Virus record (IMG/VR): IMGVR_UViG_3300025626_000016
Source of the DNA: an uncultured virus (IMG/VR IMGVR_UViG_3300025626_000016)
Lineage: Duplodnaviria; Heunggongvirae; Uroviricota; Caudoviricetes
DNA: 64,000 bases
Strand: one strand, 5' to 3'
Position numbers and translations under genes: made by a program. Positions 57,240 through 64,000 of this stretch are shown one piece after another (position 1 is the first letter of the stretch; each line of letters starts with the position of its first letter). The notes beneath the pieces are model-generated. The model was given only the letters and a program-made list of their open reading frames with translations. It was not told where the DNA came from and ran no database searches.

Positions 57240-58172
57240 TTATACTAACTCTAATTGATATTGTTTCAAATATTTTTGTAGAGCCAATTCTTTTGCCTTT
57301 ACTTCTAGCTCGATATCTAGATATAAGCCATATGTTTCTATATACTCATAGATATAATCTGCATGTGCACGCTTATTTGTTTGAGTCTCATCTTCATGTA
57401 ATTGTTGACACGAAGAATAGTGTACTAATTGTTTGATACCCTTTGGCCAAGATTTAGCTGCAAGTTTAAGGGCTTCTTCTTGTGATAATGTACCTGGATG
57501 ACACCAATGATGGTGATAATCGAATGTGATAGGAACACCAACTTTACTAAATACACCTTCATATAGATCTTCGGTCGTGTACTGACTTTCTTTGTCATCG
57601 TTTTCTACAACTAATCGAGTACGTACAGAATCGTCAAGTAATTTAAAATTATCTACAAATCTTTGCATTGCTTCGTCTTTACCGCCTTGTGTAGTATTGA
57701 CATGTATATTGATTGGTGCAGAGTGATCTCTTGGTAAGCCAAGTAAATCCATAATTTCACCGTGTTTGTTGAGATCAATAATACATTTGTCAACTACTCG
57801 TTGTGTAAGCGATGCTAATACATCGAATGGGCCAGGATGAAATGTTAAACGTTGACCATTATCCATCGCAATTTTACCAGCACCTTTAAGAACATTTACG
57901 ATTTTATTATAATCTGGTAAATCAGACAATTCATACTCACTCATCCATGGAAACATATCAGAACTAATACGAAAGAGTTTGATGCCATTGCGATTATTCC
58001 AATTAATTACTTTAACTAAATCTTTTACATTTAATAATGCAAGCTCTGATGCATACTCAATACCTTTAGCTGCAAACGTACGCTTAATCATGCTACGATT
58101 AGTAGTAACTTTTTCAGATTTCTGTAAAGTAGTATTGATACAGCAATATCCGTAATTATTTATTTTTTCCAT
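57240..58172 (-). CDS. uvsE: UV-damage endonuclease UvsE/UVDE
   Basis: GYCCIN, FRISSD.FP, RLTFHPG.F, INIHV, RLVVENDD, FDYHHH, HYS, AHADY, E.KAKE. Confidence 0.93.
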   Translation of the reverse strand: MEKINNYGYCCINTTLQKSEKVTTNRSMIKRTFAAKGIEYASELALLNVKDLVKVINWNNRNGIKLFRISSDMFPWMSEYELSDLPDYNKIVNVLKGAGKIAMDNGQRLTFHPGPFDVLASLTQRVVDKCIIDLNKHGEIMDLLGLPRDHSAPINIHVNTTQGGKDEAMQRFVDNFKLLDDSVRTRLVVENDDKESQYTTEDLYEGVFSKVGVPITFDYHHHWCHPGTLSQEEALKLAAKSWPKGIKQLVHYSSCQQLHEDETQTNKRAHADYIYEYIETYGLYLDIELEVKAKELALQKYLKQYQLELV

Positions 58173-58359
58173 TTATGTATTTTATTATAAAGTTAATAGC
58201 AAGTAATACCAAATACGCTGGCCAAAAAAGACCTATTAAAATTCTTTCGAGCATACTAAATCTTAGATCTTCTCTATCTATTGTAGAAATTAAGAAATCG
58301 TATAGTGCATTTACAATGACACCAAATAAAATATAATATGAAAGAGTACCAATAGTCAC
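58156..58359 (-). CDS. Small membrane protein (GTG start)
   Basis: Two hydrophobic segments with a FWP motif; promoter motif at 58365-58391. Confidence 0.65.
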   Translation of the reverse strand: MTIGTLSYYILFGVIVNALYDFLISTIDREDLRFSMLERILIGLFWPAYLVLLAINFIIKYINGKNK

Positions 58360-58377
58360 TTAAGTTATATATGGTTT

Positions 58378-58971
58378 TTATGAATTGTTTAATTGTTCCC
58401 AGTTTAAATACTTTTTCCAATTATGTTCTTTGATTAGCTTTGTCCAAAGTATAATGTATTTTCTTTCTTTGGGTTTTAGAATATGTCGCGGTTGTTCGTT
58501 AACAAATCTTTGCATTTTTTCTGGATCAAACTTTTTACCTAACGCAATACTTTTACATTTAAAATACAAATCTCTAGTGCTACCATCAAATATTTCCATT
58601 ATATCTGAAACTCTTTCCTTTGTCATGTCAAATTCCTTGGCTAAATCTTCAGCCAATTTCCAAAGAAGTTTTTGTTCTATTTCTAAATGATTTTTCATCA
58701 TAATAGCTTTACGCTTATTATATTGTTTTCTATCATAATCAATGGCTTCGATTAGAGTTTCACCATTTAACCAAGGACTTTCTTTTTTAATAGCCTCTAC
58801 TTTAGCTTCATAAATCTTTTCTTCTAAGTATACTTCTCTACCTAAATGATTGAATTCATATTCACCAAATTCTATTCTTTGTTGAAGCTCACTTGCGCCT
58901 TTAAATAAATATTTCTTGGGCAATTTAACAACTCCATGAAATCTGCGCCACCATGTAAATTGTCTACTCAT
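58378..58971 (-). CDS. Hypothetical protein
   Basis: 197 aa, FTWWRRF N-terminal motif. Confidence 0.75.
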   Translation of the reverse strand: MSRQFTWWRRFHGVVKLPKKYLFKGASELQQRIEFGEYEFNHLGREVYLEEKIYEAKVEAIKKESPWLNGETLIEAIDYDRKQYNKRKAIMMKNHLEIEQKLLWKLAEDLAKEFDMTKERVSDIMEIFDGSTRDLYFKCKSIALGKKFDPEKMQRFVNEQPRHILKPKERKYIILWTKLIKEHNWKKYLNWEQLNNS

Positions 58972-59326
58972 TTATTTTGTATAATGTGTATATTGAATTG
59001 TTAGTTCTAAATTTAACAAAAGTTTCATCAGATTCTAAAATCTCCGTTAACACTGTTGTCATCCACGTATAATATTCATTGAACGGTGACATAATCAAAC
59101 TTCGTCCTATTGCAATTTCCTTAAACTGCTCCTTAAATGTACCATCTTCTTGCCACTCTACCCACAATACATCTCTTGAATATTTAGTCATACCGTCTCG
59201 CTCTCTTACCAATTTCCAATTTCTTTCGGTTTCTTTGTAAAAAAGATCAACAAATTCATTGTCAATTTGTAGATTACCTTTCTCGTCTTTAGTTAAGGGA
59301 ATTTGAGGTTGTATATCCTTAATCAT
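58964..59326 (-). CDS. Hypothetical protein
   Basis: Likely start 59326 (MIKDIQ); C-terminal W.TT...EI......F.T.NS.Y.L. Confidence 0.7.
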   Translation of the reverse strand: MIKDIQPQIPLTKDEKGNLQIDNEFVDLFYKETERNWKLVRERDGMTKYSRDVLWVEWQEDGTFKEQFKEIAIGRSLIMSPFNEYYTWMTTVLTEILESDETFVKFRTNNSIYTLYKINE

Positions 59327-59327
59327 A

Positions 59328-59558
59328 TTATTTGTTTTTTCTTTTTCTTTTCTTTTTTTCGTGTTTAGCCCAATATCTAGCGGCTTCCTTCTCTTCTTCG
59401 TATTTTTCAAGAACATCTAAAAATCCACTATACGTATAATCTTCTGATCTAAAAGCATCTCTAATTCTTGATTGCTCGTCTTCACAACCTTTCATCCATC
59501 CGATTACGAATGCAAATACTCCTAAGAAAATTGTTAAAAATAATCCTTCTGCTCCCAT
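59328..59558 (-). CDS. Small membrane-anchored protein
   Basis: N-terminal TM, basic C-terminus. Confidence 0.7.
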   Translation of the reverse strand: MGAEGLFLTIFLGVFAFVIGWMKGCEDEQSRIRDAFRSEDYTYSGFLDVLEKYEEEKEAARYWAKHEKKKRKRKNK

Positions 59559-59845
59559 TATTTTAATTTTTGTAAAAGGTTTTCAACGTCTTTCTTAGAA
59601 GTCCATCCAGCAACTTCATCACCATCAGTATTTAAAAATTTATCTGTGACAAAACCGCCACCCTCAGAATTTTTAAATATAGCAACTTCAAATGAAGCGT
59701 ATTGTGTAGAGTCTAACCCATCTTCACGTGGAGTACTATAAACAAACTTACCTGCTTGAATACTCACTGTAACTTCTTTAAACTTTGCAATAGCTCCTAC
59801 GCCACCATGATGTTGTTTCTTAAATTTTAAGTCTTTAAATTTCAT
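59558..59845 (-). CDS. Hypothetical protein
   Basis: 95 aa ORF on the coding strand. Confidence 0.75.
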   Translation of the reverse strand: MKFKDLKFKKQHHGGVGAIAKFKEVTVSIQAGKFVYSTPREDGLDSTQYASFEVAIFKNSEGGGFVTDKFLNTDGDEVAGWTSKKDVENLLQKLK

Positions 59846-59860
59846 ATCTTTTATTTTATT

Positions 59861-60328
59861 TTAAAAATTACCTGGTGCAACTTGCATACAAGTTAAACCC
59901 ATATCTCTCCACATATCAACTACTTTTTGTCTATCGTCAAATACACAAACTACATCGTCAACGTGATCCTGTGTTGGAAATAAGTCGTTAAACCATTTCT
60001 TCTTAAGATCATCATCTGGCATAAATTGAAAGTCTTTGCTAGTTGGTCTCATCTTCAATACATTAAATGGTACATCAAACTTTTTTAACCAAGCTTTAGT
60101 AGCATCTTTAGTAGCTTTAGATCTTCCACTAAAAATAACAATCATGTGCCCAGCGGCATCTAACATTTGAGCCATCTTAATTACAGCATCATGTGGTTGG
60201 TCAAGGTCAATGTTCTTAGGATCAAAGAAAGTGTCCCAATCCATTTTGCCATTGTCCTTCGTAGAAATAGCTCTTCGCTTATCGATAAGAGCCAAAGTTC
60301 CGTCTAAATCAAATATTACTTTTTTCAT
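59861..60328 (-). CDS. HAD-family phosphatase (PNKP/PseT 3'-phosphatase-like)
   Basis: FDLDGTLA, FSGR, LKMRP, VFDDR..VVDMWR. Confidence 0.85.
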   Translation of the reverse strand: MKKVIFDLDGTLALIDKRRAISTKDNGKMDWDTFFDPKNIDLDQPHDAVIKMAQMLDAAGHMIVIFSGRSKATKDATKAWLKKFDVPFNVLKMRPTSKDFQFMPDDDLKKKWFNDLFPTQDHVDDVVCVFDDRQKVVDMWRDMGLTCMQVAPGNF

Positions 60329-60349
60329 TTCTCTTGCTTTTTATTACTC

Positions 60350-60382
60350 TACTAATATACCACAAATATTTGACATAAAAAA
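60350..60382 (-). promoter_or_regulatory. Repeated putative early promoter, copy 1
   Basis: Identical 19-bp core (plus strand tactaatataccacaaata) followed by nnnGAYATAAAAAA. Confidence 0.7.
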
Positions 60383-60394
60383 GTATTTGTGCGT

Positions 60395-60607
60395 TTATTT
60401 TAATAAATCTTTTATTTTTTCTTCAATATCCACCATTTCTTCTAAGGTAAATAAATCCATATCATTGAATAGCCAACCTGTATTTGTTTCTACAATGACC
60501 ATATCTTCAAATATTTCTATACTTTCAACAGTATGAACTGTTTTGTCATCTTGAAATATAACATATGGCGCAGAGTCTATACGATTGTATCTTTCTTCAA
60601 TAGTCAT
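60395..60607 (-). CDS. Hypothetical protein
   Basis: Likely start 60607 (MTIEERY), immediately after the upstream stop. Confidence 0.65.
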   Translation of the reverse strand: MTIEERYNRIDSAPYVIFQDDKTVHTVESIEIFEDMVIVETNTGWLFNDMDLFTLEEMVDIEEKIKDLLK

Positions 60608-60608
60608 C

Positions 60609-61007
60609 TTATCCCCAATCTTTTTCAAATGTGTACCAATGATCTGCGCTTGCGCAGTCTCTACATGCATCGGCAACAAGTGTTACTTTATCTTCCATCG
60701 TTAACATCAATAGAACAGCTCCTACGTGCATCTCGATCAACTCACTTGTTGGAAGATATTCCGAGACGTGACTGGCAATTCCAGTAACAAGTCTATATGT
60801 GTTGTCTTCTACAGAATTAAATCTTGTTCCCTGATGATAATCGACATTAGGTTCTACGGTTGCTAGTTCCCATAGTTTTTCAATACCTATAAGATCTCTA
60901 ACTTCTTGACAAATTTCTTGGATTGCAGCTTTGTGTTTAAGAACTGCTTGATAACCTGAGCCACCGACTCCGTTACATCTTACTTCATTTACATTAAATT
61001 TACTCAT
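60609..61007 (-). CDS. Hypothetical protein
   Basis: Likely start 61007 (MSKFNV), downstream of the repeated promoter. Confidence 0.7.
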   Translation of the reverse strand: MSKFNVNEVRCNGVGGSGYQAVLKHKAAIQEICQEVRDLIGIEKLWELATVEPNVDYHQGTRFNSVEDNTYRLVTGIASHVSEYLPTSELIEMHVGAVLLMLTMEDKVTLVADACRDCASADHWYTFEKDWG

Positions 61008-61027
61008 ATTTTTAACTTTTATTATAC

Positions 61028-61061
61028 TACTAATATACCACAAATAATTGATATAAAAAAA
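61028..61061 (-). promoter_or_regulatory. Repeated putative early promoter, copy 2
   Basis: Same 19-bp core. Confidence 0.7.
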
Positions 61062-61078
61062 TCTGACGTGTTTTATTT

Positions 61079-61321
61079 TTAAAAGTTACGAACAATTTCC
61101 TGATGCTTCTTTCTAAAAGTTATTTCAACATCGTCTATTATTTCTTTTAATAGATTTGTTTGTATCTCGTCTTCGCATTCAAAATACGACAACCAACTCC
61201 TAAAGTTTTCTATAAAATTTCTAGCACCTTCAATTTGTATTTCATTAGTACAAGATAATGTAACCTTATTTGTTTTTTTGTGTGTATCAAAAAGTGCGTC
61301 AGTATTTTCTTTAAATATCAT
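61079..61321 (-). CDS. Hypothetical protein
   Basis: 80 aa ORF on the coding strand. Confidence 0.65.
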   Translation of the reverse strand: MIFKENTDALFDTHKKTNKVTLSCTNEIQIEGARNFIENFRSWLSYFECEDEIQTNLLKEIIDDVEITFRKKHQEIVRNF

Positions 61322-61778
61322 CTTGTTTAATTTTTAAATAGTTAAGTACTGTATCCCAATCTGGAAAAGTTTCTGTACCAAATTGAATTAGTTCGCCTTT
61401 AAATTCACCAGCACCATTGACTGTTCTATCATCGATTAAGTAATCGCCGATCATTAGATTTTTATGATGACTAGTAATTATTCTTTTATATGCAGGCTTT
61501 CCTAAGTATTTTCTAACCCACATTCTTTTAGCCTTAACAGAACCTAAACTTTCCCATGGCGCTGTCGTTAATAAATAAACGTCGAACACTTCTACTAATT
61601 TATTAAAAGCTTCAATAGCTCCAGGAATTGGCTCAGCTTCATAGAATAATTCAGGATCTGCATCTAGAATTTCACCTATATTTGGAACTAAATCTTTACC
61701 ATATTTTGTTTCGCACGCTTTAAATATATCAACTAATACTCCGTCCATATCTAAGTACATTATTTTCTTTGCTGTCAT
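61311..61778 (-). CDS. 5'(3')-deoxyribonucleotidase (NT5C, HAD family)
   Basis: YLDMDGVLVD, PIPGA.EA, LTTAPW, K..W, HKNL..GDYLIDDR. Confidence 0.9.
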   Translation of the reverse strand: MTAKKIMYLDMDGVLVDIFKACETKYGKDLVPNIGEILDADPELFYEAEPIPGAIEAFNKLVEVFDVYLLTTAPWESLGSVKAKRMWVRKYLGKPAYKRIITSHHKNLMIGDYLIDDRTVNGAGEFKGELIQFGTETFPDWDTVLNYLKIKQDDI

Positions 61779-61779
61779 A

Positions 61780-62040
61780 TTATGTATTTTTTATTGTTGG
61801 TTTTGTTAAAAGTAAATACATCTCAATAGCTTTGATCAAGCCTTTAATTTTATTTTCTATATCTTTACTCACACCTAATTTTATAGCCTTAGGTAAAAGA
61901 TCATCATATAAATATCCGTCAAAAAGCCCATAGGCCATGTTTGTAAACTCGTCGTTTTCAGTGGCATTGATAATGTCCATTGTCATAGTTCTCATTTCTG
62001 AAGTAAAACAACCATGTCTGTCAAATCTTGTGTAACTCAT
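61780..62040 (-). CDS. Hypothetical protein
   Basis: 86 aa, downstream of the repeated promoter. Confidence 0.7.
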   Translation of the reverse strand: MSYTRFDRHGCFTSEMRTMTMDIINATENDEFTNMAYGLFDGYLYDDLLPKAIKLGVSKDIENKIKGLIKAIEMYLLLTKPTIKNT

Positions 62041-62062
62041 ATCTTTCGCTTTTTAATTATAG

Positions 62063-62096
62063 TACTAATATACCACAAATAAACGACATAAAAAAA
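62063..62096 (-). promoter_or_regulatory. Repeated putative early promoter, copy 3
   Basis: Same 19-bp core. Confidence 0.7.
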
Positions 62097-62117
62097 TCTG
62101 AGAGCACTTTTTTTAAT

Positions 62118-62345
62118 TTATTTTTCAGGATTAGTTTTAGGAGTACCGGAACCCTTAAATAAAATAGTAGATAACACATTAAGTCCCAGTGCTTGCCAAA
62201 ATCCTATAGCATTTATGCCGTCTATTGCCGGAACTAAACATGTGTTCCATAAATATTGTGTTGGTATTGTCAATACAGTTGCTATTATAACTAATCCTAA
62301 CAATACGCCTATCCAAGTGCTAATAATATTAATTGATCTTTTCAT
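62118..62345 (-). CDS. Small membrane protein
   Basis: TM helix, LWN...P...G...IGFWQA.G motif. Confidence 0.75.
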   Translation of the reverse strand: MKRSINIISTWIGVLLGLVIIATVLTIPTQYLWNTCLVPAIDGINAIGFWQALGLNVLSTILFKGSGTPKTNPEK

Positions 62346-62350
62346 AAAAT

Positions 62351-62605
62351 TTATTTAACCAAAACCTTTGGTGTTTTTATACTATATTTTGTAGCCCATT
62401 CTTCTATAAAATTAAAACCAATTCCTAATTCTACGATTTCATATTTATGATCTACTATTGGCTTTGTTGCTCTTCCATTATTAATAACATCAACGTGAAT
62501 GTTAGTGACTATCATATAATATGTGTTACTATTCTTTTGTTTTCTGTAAACCACAACATTGGTTGGTTTATCATTTTCTAACCAAGGTAATTTTAATTTT
62601 TTCAT
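62351..62605 (-). CDS. Hypothetical protein
   Basis: Likely start 62605 (MKKLKLPW), overlapping the upstream stop. Confidence 0.65.
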   Translation of the reverse strand: MKKLKLPWLENDKPTNVVVYRKQKNSNTYYMIVTNIHVDVINNGRATKPIVDHKYEIVELGIGFNFIEEWATKYSIKTPKVLVK

Positions 62606-62946
62606 TTCCAAAATAATTGAACCGCAATAAGTGCGAATGCTAAACAAAGTGAAACTGCAGTCTTAATATTAATACCTTCGTTTAAGAAGTACCAAGTTAA
62701 GAATGCAAAAGAAGTAATTCCCATAGAAAATCCTATAAATCTTCCAGGCCATAGTGCACCATCATAATATCCTGCAATTAATGCAGTTGCTTTAATAAAC
62801 ATATAACTAATAACAGTGCCACCTAAAACACTTATTATCAACGGATTCTTTTTTGCCCATGGACTTATAAATTGACCGTTAGTTTGAAACCAAATTAATG
62901 TTTGCCCTGCCAAGAACAATAACATTCCTACTAATAACCCTCTCAA
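62602..62946 (-). CDS. Four-TM small membrane protein (DMT/SMR-like)
   Basis: 114 aa, four hydrophobic helices, WYFLNE.I..K C-terminal pattern. Confidence 0.65.
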   Translation of the reverse strand: MRGLLVGMLLFLAGQTLIWFQTNGQFISPWAKKNPLIISVLGGTVISYMFIKATALIAGYYDGALWPGRFIGFSMGITSFAFLTWYFLNEGINIKTAVSLCLAFALIAVQLFWK

Positions 62947-63578
62947 AACAATGTATTAGTTTTGGTTAGCATATGACTTATAAATGAATTTCTGTGATGA
63001 GGTGTTGCACCTTCGCTTAATATAGCATCTCTATGTTGTTTAGTACCATATCCTTTATTTGAACCCCAACCATATGCTGGAAAATCCGTACTTAATTCTT
63101 TCATAAGTAAATCTCTTTCTGTTTTGGCCAAAATAGAAGCTGCAGCAATTGATACATATGTATTATCTCCACCTACTACTGTTTCAAATGGAATTCCATC
63201 AAATCCATGGAATTGATCTCCATCTACAAGAATAAAATCAAAATCAATTAAATTATCTTTTACATCTTCTAAACATCTGCGCATGCCTTCTAATGTTGCT
63301 TTTAAAATATTGGTACTTTCAATGTCTTCAACACTGACGTGTTTAATAGAATATGCAATACAGTTATCTAAAACCATCTGCCTTGCAGCTACTCTTTGAG
63401 GTTCACTTAATAATTTTGAATCTTTAATAAGTTCATGTTGAAATCCGTATGGCATGATGCACGCAGCTACGGTCACTGGTCCTGATAAAGCACCTCTCCC
63501 CGCTTCGTCTAATCCGATTTCGGTTATGTCTGGATTTCCAGAATGGCTATGCTTTAATAAGATTTGATATGATTCCAT
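62943..63578 (-). CDS. rnhB: Ribonuclease HII
   Basis: GLDEAGRG.L.GPV, DSK.L, VDG, SIAAASILAK..RD, NKGYGT..H, HR.SF. Confidence 0.95.
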   Translation of the reverse strand: MESYQILLKHSHSGNPDITEIGLDEAGRGALSGPVTVAACIMPYGFQHELIKDSKLLSEPQRVAARQMVLDNCIAYSIKHVSVEDIESTNILKATLEGMRRCLEDVKDNLIDFDFILVDGDQFHGFDGIPFETVVGGDNTYVSIAAASILAKTERDLLMKELSTDFPAYGWGSNKGYGTKQHRDAILSEGATPHHRNSFISHMLTKTNTLF

Positions 63579-63596
63579 ATATAGTATGTTTAGTAC

Positions 63597-63623
63597 TTAT
63601 ATACGGAATCATTAAAATGTTTC
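63597..63623 (-). promoter_or_regulatory. Putative promoter GAAAC-N17-TATAA upstream of rnhB
   Basis: Matches the repeated motif. Confidence 0.6.
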
Positions 63624-64000
63624 TAAAATTTGTTTTCGTTTTTTGATTTCCACTCATCATATCTCTGTACGACTTCCTGTAAGATCTTAGCTCTTACAAT
63701 ATCTTTATTACTAAACACATGTACACCGATTCCTTTTACACCCTGCATAATCTCTATGAACCCTGGTAAACCTACATGCTGCTTAGCAATATCATGTTGA
63801 CTGACATCACCTGTAACTACAACTCTACTTGATTTACCCATTCTAGTTACAAATAACATTAATTGTTTAAATGTTGCATTTTGTGCTTCATCTAAAACCA
63901 TAAGCGCATCATCAAAAGTATCACCTCTCATATACGCAAGTGGCTCAAATCTAATTGTCTTGCTATCAAATAAATATTTTGCTTGTTGACCTCCTACTAT
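63623..64000 (-). CDS. phoH: PhoH-family ATPase, C-terminal part (5' end beyond the window)
   Basis: EPLAYMRG.TF, LDEAQN, TRMG..S..VVTGD..Q.D, DIVR. Confidence 0.93.
   Translation of the reverse strand: MVGGQQAKYLFDSKTIRFEPLAYMRGDTFDDALMVLDEAQNATFKQLMLFVTRMGKSSRVVVTGDVSQHDIAKQHVGLPGFIEIMQGVKGIGVHVFSNKDIVRAKILQEVVQRYDEWKSKNENKF

Noticed and set aside
1322..60787. Plus-strand ORFs in the six-frame track
   Set aside because: All lie antisense to longer, motif-bearing minus-strand genes and have shadow-like (Ser/Leu/Phe-rich) composition.
63915..63945. PhoH MRGDTF instead of MRGRT as a sign of inactivation
   Set aside because: This position varies among phage PhoH proteins and the other motifs are intact; it cannot be judged from a partial gene.
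1..64000. tRNA, rRNA, integrase or transposase genes
   Set aside because: None recognised by eye. Intergenic gaps are mostly too short and AT-rich; a tRNAscan-SE/Infernal run would be needed to exclude them formally.

Overview
AT-rich, gene-dense 64 kb segment of a large T4-like (myovirus, probably jumbo-size) bacteriophage genome. Essentially all real genes are on the minus strand; the plus-strand ORFs in the track look like shadows. In coordinate order: a partial multi-domain protein; a T4-like recombination/replication block (UvsW, UvsY, primase, gp32 SSB, RuvC-like resolvase); a long tail/baseplate/neck module (gp3-, gp6-, gp25-, gp13-, gp5-, gp27-, gp53-like proteins, fibre-like proteins with collagen, BACON, Ig-like and Pro/Thr linkers, and a Hint domain) that also holds an amidoligase and a ribosomal protein S1 homologue; a DinG-like helicase and dCMP deaminase; a terminator-bounded cassette of proteins sharing an N-terminal MKxIKxFExF-like peptide; then small accessory genes with UvsE, two HAD phosphatases, RNase HII and a partial PhoH. 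The host is inferred to be Bacteroidota (S1 N-terminus, A-rich start regions without Shine-Dalgarno motifs, BACON domain), probably aquatic. Three recurring promoter-like motifs can be read directly: GATAWATA, (G/T)AAAC-N17/18-TATAA and a 19-bp repeat. The most interesting signal is a putative capsid-cargo system: proteins with a T4 internal-protein-like targeting peptide, several built as polyproteins with Glu-terminated linkers, carrying a metalloprotease, a GNAT and a cationic glycine-zipper peptide. All product calls come from motif recognition by eye; no database searches were run.
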